This document shows, one piece after another, positions 11,858-22,688 of a DNA stretch of 64,000 nucleotides (positions are counted from its first letter, which is position 1; the number at the start of each line of letters is the position of its first letter). Made by a program: the position numbers and the translations under genes. Under the pieces are notes generated by a model that was not told where the DNA came from, made no database searches, and saw nothing but the letters and a program-made list of their open reading frames with translations. Source of the stretch: Oculina patagonica. Taxonomy: Eukaryota. The stretch lies in the NCBI RefSeq assembly GCF_052425735.1, contig NC_135766.1, positions 26,226,001 through 26,290,000 of the forward strand. Reading direction: 5' to 3'.

Positions 11858-14800
11858 CTACAGTCCTGCTTGAGATTTCCGTGTCCTCAGACGGGTTCTT
11901 ACTTCATAGTTTACACCCCCCAAGTGTCCCCCTAACTCGCTTCTCCTTGGCCTCCTCTTACGCGTTCCCTGCGCCTGCAGCTGAGTTGTGTCAGCGGGTT
12001 TGTAATCCAGCGCTTCCTCCTGGCTGTGTTTAGTAGATCTCAGGCTCCGCTCATGGTGATGTTCCTCGCCTCGCATGACACTTCCGTTCTGGTGGCCGCC
12101 ATTAGCAATAGAGACGTGCTCGTGGCTTTCTTTATGGATAATGTGATTCCCGTTTGTTTTGACGTAGTTCAAGGTTTTCGTGCTCGGGTCCTCTGCTGGA
12201 ATTTCGTCCAGAAATTTAGGCTTTTTCAGTCCCTAAGAAACAAACAGGAGAAGTTTTCATTTTGGTCATACAAGTAGAGAGGTGAAGTCCAATCCAATCA
12301 AGAGACAGGTGGAACCAAGGGGGGGGGGGGTTTCTGTATCATGAAGCGACTAGTGGTATTGTTATTTTCCACCCCCACCCCCACCCCTAGCCTGCATTGC
12401 GAATGCAGGCTACCCACCCCCCTGGAATTGAAAAAGCCAATCATTACAAGAGACCACCGTGCCTGCCAAACTTATGCTGAAATCCCGCAACATTCCTGAA
12501 GTTTTGCTTGTCAATAGTGACGAAAGTCCAGTGAGGACAATTTAGCTGTACTGACAGTGACATGCAATAATGACCTGACTAGTCATGCACAATCAGTCCC
12601 GATTGAGACTAGCAGTGTGCAGTCAAAACGTCGCGCTGCACATCACAAGTGACTATATCGTGAGACAAACGACAAGACTTAACTGCTTTGTACTTTTCCA
12701 CAATGAACAACCTCATTACGCCATTGACGATGAGCTTGTAAACAAGTTCGTGGCTTTCGGATTGTTACGATTTATAAAACGCAAAATGCGATTCAAGCTC
12801 TTAAGAGCGTTTAGCCCAACACACTATATATCGGAAGTTAAGAGCTTCATCAAACGCAATTTCATACTCAAGTTTAGTTTAACATGAAAAATGTTAATTC
12901 ATTTAATATTATATGGTTATGATATGTTTATTCAATGTGGGATAAATTCAGTTACTCGACGGTAAGTTTTATAAAGCAGAGTATATTTTCGGTTTTTAGT
13001 TAACAATGTTTATAAAAAAAAAGTATTTAACATTGACAGTATCTTTAAATTGTTAAAAGTTTCAAAGCTTTAAAATTAAACCTAACATGTTTAATTCAAG
13101 ATTAATATTTCTTACGTATTTCTTGAGCATTTTTAGTTTCTCCACTATGTTGGCCTTCATTATATCACCTTCCTAAAGAAAGAGTAATAATTGATCATAC
13201 ACGAACAAACTTTACAGAACGACAAAGTTAAAGTTTCTCGTGCATGCAGTGAACGTCGATCTAATGAAGGAATTTTTCAGTTTCAAGCGAGCCATTTACT
13301 GCAGACTGTTGCAAAAAAAACCCAAAGTACTTAATGTGCTGAAACTGTGTTAAGGTGCTACGAAGCGCATTAGTGTAAAGTTACAGTTAATTAAATTAGA
13401 AAGTTTAAAAGTTTAGAATAAAAATTTCACCTTATTTTTTAATATTTTTGTAGTTTAGTTTATTCATAGTCTTGTAAGTGAGGGTGAAATTATCTTCGCT
13501 CGTATTTATTGGTTTATTTTAATTCTACATTTATTTAAGATTCATGCATGTTAGCAGTAATACGCATCACGCTTCTCAAACTCATTAATAATTCATCTAG
13601 TTAAAACAAAGGAAATCAGAACCGTGACGGAGTTTGGAAATCTGATCTTAATTAGTATAGATTTTGACGATTTTATTTTTCCGTTTTCGTGTGACAGAGT
13701 TTGGAAATCTGATCTTAATTAGCATAGATTTTGACGATTTTATTTTTCCGTTTTCGTTGTAGTTTAATAGTTTCGATTGAAAAGATATATCAACCACTCG
13801 ACAGAGTGTTTCATCACATTTCAAAACAACTCGAAGTTCATCAAAAATACTCCGCTGCGCGTCGTACTTTCAACTCTCTTCTCGGTGTTTGGAAATGTGA
13901 TAAAAAACGCTGTCTCGTGTTTGATATATTACTTAAAACGCTTTATCCACAACATCATAAACCCAGTAAACGGTTAGCATTCTGTTGATTAGAGAAGGTT
14001 TTTTATTGCACACTGTAACAGTGGTCGAGCAACTTATAACAATCACAGCACAGCCCTTACTTCATTTTGATCAAAACAATGATGCAAACAGGTTATAATT
14101 TAACCAGAAACTTGATCACCTGCTTTAATGAAAGCTGAACAATAAGCAAGATGAATGTTTATAAACATGAACTTGTTTTGCACTTACCTTTGATTTTGTC
14201 ATGACCATGAAGTACAACACCATCAAAGTGATGGCCATCTGTGAGAAAAACATAACGATGATCAAAATCAATTTTCTTTTTACAATCATCAAGCAATGTC
14301 AGCCAGGGGGGTTGTACGATAGACATAGCATCAAATTGATTTATTCTCATGACTACATCAAAAGATGTGTAAGGTAATCCATTAAAAGAACTGCTCGTTG
14401 AGAATGGGACTGCAGTTTGTGAAAATTCAAAACTCTTTGTTCTATGAAGAAGTAAGTTAATACACGGCAACATTAGCTTAGTAGCTGTTATAATTACTGT
14501 GTATAAACAAATGCTATTGATTTGACTGACTGATTGATTAATTGAAAGCAGGTTAAGGTAATGATTATTGTAATGTGTACATACAGTCACAGTTGATTCA
14601 GAGAGATAGATACAACATACTCGTTGTCCTGCTGAGAATACTAAAGACACATTATAATATGACTTGTAAGTTTTCTTTTTCTTACCTGAAAGAGCAGCCA
14701 CAAAACAATGCTGACAATTTCCGTTTTCTTGAACATGTCCAGTCCGTATTTGATACAGATAAGTGCTTCTAAACAGGTGACCACGCTAAAACAAAAGAAA

Positions 14801-17800
14801 TGCAAAAGTTAATTTATGCTGTGTAAGCAATGATAATATATACCACCAATTATTAAAAAACTAGCAATGGTATATTGCTATTCCTGAGTTTTGATTGGTT
14901 GACAGACAATGATATATGAGCTCATATACCACTGACCACAGAAATGGTAGCCGATACACGTCATTGGAAACAGTTGGGGAGCTCAAATACTGCAATTCTT
15001 AGGGCGTTTTTAATAAAACAATTATTCCTTGCGCTTGTTGGATATGAGATAGTTATAGCCAACTTGGACACTACGCGCCCTGTTGGCTATCTACCATCCC
15101 ATATCCAACGCGCACTCGTAGAATTATTGTTAAATGTTCAGAACTAACATTAACATAAATGTATGAAAATGTGTACCAGGGCTTTTGAACTTACACCAAC
15201 ACCCAAGCCTGAGTTCCAAGTCGTCTGCTTCTGGTATCCGTAACATAAACATAGTACTGCCTACAGTGACAGAGAAAAAGGTTGAATTTAGAATGGCCAT
15301 TATTGAGCCGCTATCCCGCTTAACATGACAAACAATTATCAGTGAATAGGGGGAGGTGGTAGGGAGTAAGATTAATAACCTGCCCTGATTCTTGTTCATG
15401 TTGTAGTAGTTTTGTTAGGCTATTCAAGAAGGAAGCTCCACAACTGAGCATAGAGAAGAAGAAGTTTGATGGTATCTCTGCAGAAAAGAGAAGTGCTGTT
15501 CAAAGGCACAAAAAAATGAAAACACACAGAACTTTAGTTAAAGGAGAAGTTCACTCCAGAATGGCCATTTATAATTTTCTTTATGCCAATAAAAAGTTTA
15601 CACAAAGATATGTTATTCACCAAAATTTCAGCCACCAACGGTTGCTATAACCATATGAAATCTTTCCCAAAACTCGACAACTGAACGCCGCCATCTTGGA
15701 GCTGGTAATGTATGCGTGACGTCAAAGAGCTCAGTCTGAAGTTTGGCGGGAAAATTTTTATAGTCGAAACTCCTTGTTTTTTGTATTTCTTAGAGCTCTG
15801 TTTGAACGAAATGGAGATGCACAAACAGGCATTTTGACAAACAAAAGCCACTACGAAGAAACTAGGAGTTTCGAGTACCGGTATGTAAATTTTCCAACCA
15901 AACTTTAGGCTGAGCTCTTTGATGTCACGCATACATTACCAGCTCCAAGATGGCGGCGTTCAAGTGTCAAGTTTTGGGAAAGATTTCGTAGGGTTATAGC
16001 GCACGTTGAAGGCTTAAATTGTGGTGAATAACATATCTTTGTATAAACTTTTTATTTGTGTAAAGAAAATAAATGGCCATTCTGGAGTGAACTTCTCCTT
16101 TAAAGAAGTATGACTCACCTCAAAGAGGGTGCAACCATAAGACTTATGATACCCAGGCGATAAAAATTCAGCCAATGGGATGTTGGGACAAACAGAATGT
16201 GTTTAAGGAAGAATGTGTTCAGTTCAACAATCTGGAAAACACACACAAAAAAAACATTAGCAAGCAGACAGGTTATGAGAAAGAAAATCATTTCTTAGGA
16301 GATATTGTCTTGATGGACATGAACACAAGAATTATTTGTAGAATTTTCTGTTTTGGAAGGGAAAACGAATCAGGGCTAACAGGAATTGATCACAGAACAT
16401 TAATTCATTGTGCCATGGGATGCATAAGGGCTCCACAGAACATTATTACATCATTGTTTTCTGGGAAAAAAATACAGTCAATTGGTTTTCATTTTGCCAC
16501 TTGACTTACTTGTGATATAACCAACAACTGGCATATGGCAAAGAATCGCATGTAAGAACATTTAGGGTCCATCCATCGAACATGAGTCCAGCTGAGGAGA
16601 ATAATATGACGCCAACTGGTCAGTTAATACCACAGGGGCTTACAGTTTAAAAGTGTCTTAAATTTGCTTGTTATCACCTTATCTTCTTATTCTATGTTTG
16701 TTGCTTATATTCTTATTCTAAACATATCAAAGATATGATACCTGGATACAATATAAAATTGTAACAAGGGGTTCTCTGGTAAAACCTTGTTTAAAATTAT
16801 AAGCTTTTGGCAGCCAGTCTGCTGTCTTGGATGGATAAAAAACATACCGGTAGCTTATAGTTTTAAACAATTTTTTACCAGAGAATGCCTTATTACAAAT
16901 TTATTCTTATTCTAATCTAAACCAAACTTCTTATAACATACAGTGTTGAATTGAATGAAAAGTAAGAAATGGTCTCAAGTAATAGAAACAACACCAGAAC
17001 TCCACACGGAGTACGTAGATGATTAATATTACAAGGTAAGAACATATTGCCAAAATTATGTGACTCATAACTTTTTCTGTAGCACAAATCAGAAACCCAT
17101 AAGGGTTGAACATGTAACACGCGTGCACAGCGTTTGAATATTCATTTTGCTAAGTACCATATTAGAAAACACGAAGAATTTGTACGGGAATGCTTTATAT
17201 ACGTAATGACACACGCAACATAATTTTTGGTTTTGCGGTAAGTTGCTTGAATTTCGACCTAAACGTCGTAAATTTCTTAAAGAAACTAAAGAAATACATT
17301 AAGTGTATCGAAGCGAAGTTCTCCAGACTACTTCAAGATGAAACAGGAGAATTTAACCAAATTTAACTTAATTCAAGCAAGCTTGTTCAAAAACAAGATA
17401 ACGCCATCGAGCGCAAGCTAGCACGCTGTGGATTTAATCCAAATATAGTAATTTTGATTGGTTAAATGGTTCTCATAATTTTCCAGCGAATCATAGGGAG
17501 TTACACGTTTCAACCCTTATGGGTTTCTGCACAAATACTGGTAATGATCAAGAAGCCTTTTGAGATAATATTCCAGCACTGAAATTGCAGATCGTTACTT
17601 TCATTCTACAATTTACATCTGAAATGTAACACTGCAACTTGCCACAGTGACGAAAATAAACAAACCTTGCAGGGGTAAACTGCATAGCAGCACGGCGTAG
17701 TTTTCCAGTGGTTGTATGAATATCCCTTAAAAAAAAACAGAGTATACATGTACATCTAAACAATCCACAATGTCAATACTTTAAGAAATAACTTAATAAT

Positions 17801-20800
17801 AAAATAAAGAACCTGGGAGAGCAGTGAACTTTAAAACGTAATTGCTTTCTGTGCACATCAGTTTAACTTACTTGATACTATCCCAGTGATAATTACGCAT
17901 CTCGAGTATCTTGCAGACATACAATCCAAAGTGAATTCCTAAGCCATTACAGATCAAGAAATCTAGCAAAAGTGCATCCCACCAGCATTCAGCAAAGTTG
18001 GGTAACAAGTGAGAAAAGAACACCTGAAATGCAATATGTATAATGTAATAAAATAATAAGATTGCATAAGAACGATAGGCAAAATTTAATATGTTGTGGT
18101 TCAATTTTACCCTAGGTACAATCTGGCATTTTCATTTGTTGTATAATTATTAAGATATATTACCATACAGGAACAAAGGGAAATACCAATTTTGTACCAA
18201 GAATAAAACAGAACCACAACATTATGTAATGTTAAATAATAATTTTCCTCAGAGAAATTTAGCTGAAAAGCTGTCTATGTTTGCTCAGTTTAAGAAGACA
18301 AAAGGAATGTCACATGCTAAATGTTTGCCAAACATCAATAATGTGCATGGTTTTCAAGTTTCTATGCGAATATTTCATCCTGAAATTTGAAAGTGTTGCC
18401 TTCAGCCAAAAGACCAACTGAACAAGACAAAAGGACTGTTTTAAACACTTGGACTGAAGGCATTTATGTCGTCCACAAGCGAGACCTACAAACCATGCGA
18501 TACAGGATTATAGGTACTAGATATGGACAAAAAATGTGCATCTTTATTAACCCTTTACCCCCTAAAGGGAATGATCTTTTTCGTAAAATAAAAAATATAA
18601 ACCTGATATCCATATATGATACACCATTTGAAAGTTCTTGATCAGAAAATGTCATAAAACACATGAAGAAATAAGAAGGAAGTTACCGTTTTGAAAGAAA
18701 TTGGTTGAAATATTAAAAAAAAATTAAAAAATTGTTTCTCTCCGTATGTAGTAGGTATACCCCTAAACTATAGCTTATTGTGCAGCTCTCAGTTTACTGG
18801 TTAATTACAGTAATGATGCATGTCACCTACGTGTCAGGCAAGAAAGTTGCAAAAGTTATAGGGGTAGTCAATCATGTCACAAATAGGGAGGAGGTACAAT
18901 TTTATGCTTTCAACATGCAGATCTTTTGAAGACAAGTGTGGTGTCAAAAATTCAAATAAATTGGACAAATATTGACCAAGTTATGTCACTATGTGCAAAT
19001 TGGCACTCTTAGGGGTTAACAAATCTCTAGACATTGTAATATAAAAGTTATTTACCTCAGTTACTTCCCAAGTGATACTTGCAGTCCACAAGAGACCGGC
19101 ATTGCGAATAAGTAATGCCTTTAGAGCCCAACCAAAGAAATGGGCAAAGGCAAAGATATCGCAATGAGACCATATCCTTGCTAATGTCACTTGTGAACAG
19201 TTTACAGCATATTCCTAAAGCAAAATAATGAACACCTATGTTGAAGCACATTCATATAATGGCAGGTTTACTTCAGTGTAAAACCCCTAATAAAGTTTAT
19301 CTTGTAATAGGTAGTGTTAAAAGAAATAACTGGGACCATGAAGGATGTGTTTGTTAGCAGACTTTACAGTTAGGCTCAATTTCCATAATTTGTCTTCAGT
19401 CTTAATAACAAATTAGAAAACACTCTCTGGTTAAAAAGTTTAATAATGAACCAGATGCTACTTTATGTGTCGCTATTTTGGTTTCGTCTCTTGAATTTCA
19501 TCCTGGTCAATCAGGCTGAAATTCCCCATATGAACACTGGCAGACAACAAAATTCCTCCAAGGAAATGAGAAAGCACGTTTACCAGACTCATTTGAAGAG
19601 GCCCTTAGTCAGATGCATGTAAAGTGGTCTTTCTTCATCACAAATAAAGCCCACTGTGGATAAAACTTAAAATCAAACTTGCAACTCACTGTTGTATCTG
19701 GTCCTTCTTGCTCTAATTTGGGGTCAAAGAAAAAGAGAATCTTTCTGAAGTCTTCACGAGTTTGGAACAAAGCAAATGCCAGGAACAGCATATACAGAAC
19801 ACTCATACCTAAAATCACAAACAAACAAAGTTAATTTATTATGAAAATTTATTCAGGGTTGTCAATACCTGTCAGCCAGCAAAAATCCCCAACTCTCTAA
19901 CTCTTAAGTTAAAGACTAATTCTTAATTCTCAAGTTTTGACTTTCTGTCAACCCTGTTTGTTCATCAAAATTTTAAGTTTTCTTTACTAAAAAATGCAAT
20001 CTCATAAGGAAATCATGTAGTATAACCAAAATTTACAGGCTAGGTATTGTACATTACCAAATATCAGTCTCCAAAGTGCTGGGTGAGGTCTGATAAATGG
20101 ACCTAAAATGATAAAAAATATTAAATAACCATCATATGCTGTGATATTCATGCAGGTAACATCGCAGGCTTCACCATGAATGTTACAGGAACGTTTCAGA
20201 ATGATGCGATGTTGAGGCAGATCACGGAATCGGTGATGATCAATCAAACCAAAGAGGATCAACTGATCAACACGAAAGAAGAGTGGGCGTATTTCCGGAT
20301 CCCGAGAGCTGTTGTCACGCAAACATGAAATTCTAGCTACAAGCATTTCTTTGTATTTTAATGCACAATAGAAACTGAACTCTGAACTCTGTTTTCTTAT
20401 TCTTTGGATATATTTTGAATTTTGTTTTAAGTTACTGCTATGTTTACTGCTATTCTCGTTGTTATTTTAGATTTCTTTAGCAATTATTTAATTTATGTTA
20501 TTATTATTTTTAATTTGTATTTTGATTTATATAGCGTTATAGTTGCCTAGATACTAGGGTTATTCTTTGTGCAATGTTATATGAAGTTGTCTGAAATTTA
20601 AAATTCTTAACAGCATATGGCTACCAACTGACGAGGTCTTTTGACGAAACTAGTTTTTGTAGTCGTGTAAATTGATTAATTGTGTTGAAAGTAAAATTAA
20701 TGCAAATGAGATTTTCCCATATCATTATGATAACCATCCACTTTCTCCATAAAATGAAATAACTCCCTCCGCAGAACTTAATATAAACTTTTTGTACTTA

Positions 20801-22581
20801 TGTGGGGTTCCAGTAAATATCCACACCTAACCCCAGTCTAGTAAGTTCACTGAAAATTCTGAGGGCCAGGAGATGGGGTGGGTGGATATTGATAATATTA
20901 AAGTTTCCTTCCTGACTTATTGTTATGTAATACAAGATGACCTGAAGGGGCAACTGCTGTGTGGAATTGTCAACAGTTCTTACCATTTGGCATGACAAGC
21001 AGGCTCAGAACAAGAAACACGACGGCAAGAGACACAATTCCACTCCATATATTCTCCTCACGAGTAGCAACTGGGTTTCTTAAAAAAAAAAACACCAATA
21101 AAACAATAATGGGAATTAACATTTGTGAATTTGTGACTAAGGGCCTCTTCATACGAGCCTGGTAAACAAGCTGTCTTGTTTACCAGGACAAATTTTGCCG
21201 TCTGTTCATATGTTAAAATTTCAGCAGGATTGACCGGGATGAAATTCAAGAGACAGAACCGAAATAGCAACACATTAAGTTGCATAATTTGTTCGCGACT
21301 GATGTAGATTTACCAAAACTTGCAGCTTTACTTATTTCAACTTTTTTTGAGAAAATAGCTTCCCTTTCGTAACTGGGTGGTCAAAATGGCTTAATTTTGC
21401 CTTGTGTCTATTTCCACTTCAGAAATATGCCAATTAGCTTTATTAATAAAGTTACAAGGGTCAATAAAGCTACGATAGTCACGAAAGATGCAACTTTATG
21501 TGTCGTCATTTTGGCTTCGTTTCTTGAATTTTATCCCCATCAACCGGGCTAAAATTTTCCATATGAACAGATGTCAAAATCCGTCCTGGTAACTGAGACA
21601 GCCCGTAAACCGGGTTCATGTGAAGAGACCCTGAGATATTGGTAACTGGGCTGGCCCGCCTTCTCATATGAACCCATCAAAAAATTTTCAAAGGAAATGG
21701 GAGTGGGCGAAATCTTGGTAACTGGGCCAGCCTGGTAACTGGGCTCATATGAAGAGGCCTTTACGGAGTTAAAGAACAAACTACCAGTAAACAATACCAT
21801 AAAATAACTGACAGGCATCACAGATTTGCACCACGGCATGCTAGATATAATTTATGACTTATTGTGACTTTTTAAAAAGAAAAATATTACAGGAGGTACT
21901 CAAATCATGACCACTGTTTTAAAAAGACAACTTAGCGACCAGCGCACAATAAAAACACCTGTTCTCAGTTACGGGAATATAATATTTCTTTATCATATAT
22001 CAACATTATAAAATCCACCTGTTACAAAAACAACGCAAGACTAAAAAAGTATTTTTAGACCAAGCCATTAACTTTAGAGAATATTGCTACAAAGATCAAG
22101 CACGGGTTGTGAGCGAGACTGATGTCAAGCACGCCGACTCGAGGGAAGCCTTTGTACTGCTTTGTTTTAAAATTCAGTAAAACTACAGCACCGTGGAAAA
22201 TTGATGAATTCAGCAAAGATTTGAATTTGCATGCTACTTCATGTTTTAATCCAGTGAGATAAAAAGATCCCCTTTTCGGTATTTTCTTAATTAAACTAAG
22301 CTATAAAATATCGTAGCTGATCTCGTTAAAGCAAGATGCCGGCCAAAACCGGGCATTTATAGGCGTCGGTCAGAGTAAACACAAGCTTACCTGGTGAAAG
22401 CAGAATATATCAGGTACACAACCAGGCATGCTAAAGCCGTGATTGACCGAGGCTTGTAGAAAAATTCCAGTGAAATATCTTCAACAATCTGTTCACTAGC
22501 ATCTTGATAATCGTCCGTGGAGATTGTGGACGTTGTTGAGAAGGTTCTCTTCCGACGCCGTGGACTTCGATCGTCCGCCAT
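11858..22581 (-). CDS. PTDSS1: Phosphatidylserine synthase 1, 14 exons, about 554 aa
   Basis: Exons 22581-22391, 21078-20984, 20102-20058, 19808-19690, 19214-19056, 18023-17872, 17725-17666, 16591-16510, 16231-16119, 15260-15195, 14785-14686, 14238-14188, 13172-13116, 12232-11858; all GT-AG and phase-consistent. Motifs [61 protein letters not shown] match PTDSS1. Confidence 0.93.
13624..13940. repeat. Interspersed repeat with a 67-bp tandem duplication
   Basis: 13624-13690 is repeated at 13691-13757; related sequence occurs at about 48812-48900 and 49130-49275. Confidence 0.6.
15542..16099. mobile_element. Kolobok-type palindromic MITE in a PTDSS1 intron
   Basis: TTAA|AGGAGAAGTTCACTCCAG...CTGGAGTGAACTTCTCCT|TTAA; arms of about 225 bp. 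Confidence 0.85.
17090..17529. mobile_element. P-superfamily-like MITE with 7-bp TSD
   Basis: 21-bp perfect TIR CAGAAACCCATAAGGGTTGAA; exact TSD CACAAAT at 17083-17089 and 17530-17536. Confidence 0.8.
18551..19015. mobile_element. Possible piggyBac-type MITE
   Basis: TTAA|CCC...GGG|TTAA with short imperfect TIRs. Confidence 0.4.
20137..20700 (+). mobile_element. 5'-truncated Penelope-like retroelement (GIY-YIG C-terminus plus pLTR), antisense in PTDSS1 intron 2
   Basis: 20137-20328 translates to [63 protein letters not shown], resembling a PLE endonuclease C-terminus. An AT-rich tail with a hammerhead core follows. Confidence 0.7.
20621..20670 (+). ncRNA. Minimal type I hammerhead ribozyme motif (Penelope pLTR)
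   Basis: CTGACGA (20628), stem II GTC-TTTT-GAC, GAAA (20646), stem III CTA/TAG, GTC triplet (20662-20664); stem I is degenerate. Confidence 0.6.
21141..21760. mobile_element. PIF/Harbinger MITE, same family as 2338-3140, three-TIR composite
   Basis: TAA|GGGCCTCTTCA at 21141; right-hand TIRs end at 21631 and 21760; internal sequence is homologous to 2642-3140. Another fragment lies at about 19455-19604. Confidence 0.75.
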
Positions 22582-22688
22582 TTTTCATGTAAATTTTTGT
22601 GGGCGGTTTATTAGCTCTCCCCAGTCTCTCTCGTATGTTTACTTTACTCTCCCCAGTTCTTTCTCGAACCCTTTTCGGCCGAAACAAA
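22582..22688. promoter_or_regulatory. Compact bidirectional promoter PTDSS1/RPL11 with TCT/TOP initiator
   Basis: 107 bp between divergent ATGs; TCT motif CCTTTTC at 22670-22676; both ATGs sit in AAAATGGCGG (YY1-like). Confidence 0.7.

Noticed and set aside
14159-14701. 180-aa ORF
   Set aside because: Mostly PTDSS1 intron; the true exons (14686-14785, 14188-14238) use another frame.
15400-15478. Alternative terminal PTDSS1 exon after a CTGCAG acceptor
   Set aside because: Short frame with no homology; unsupported without transcripts.
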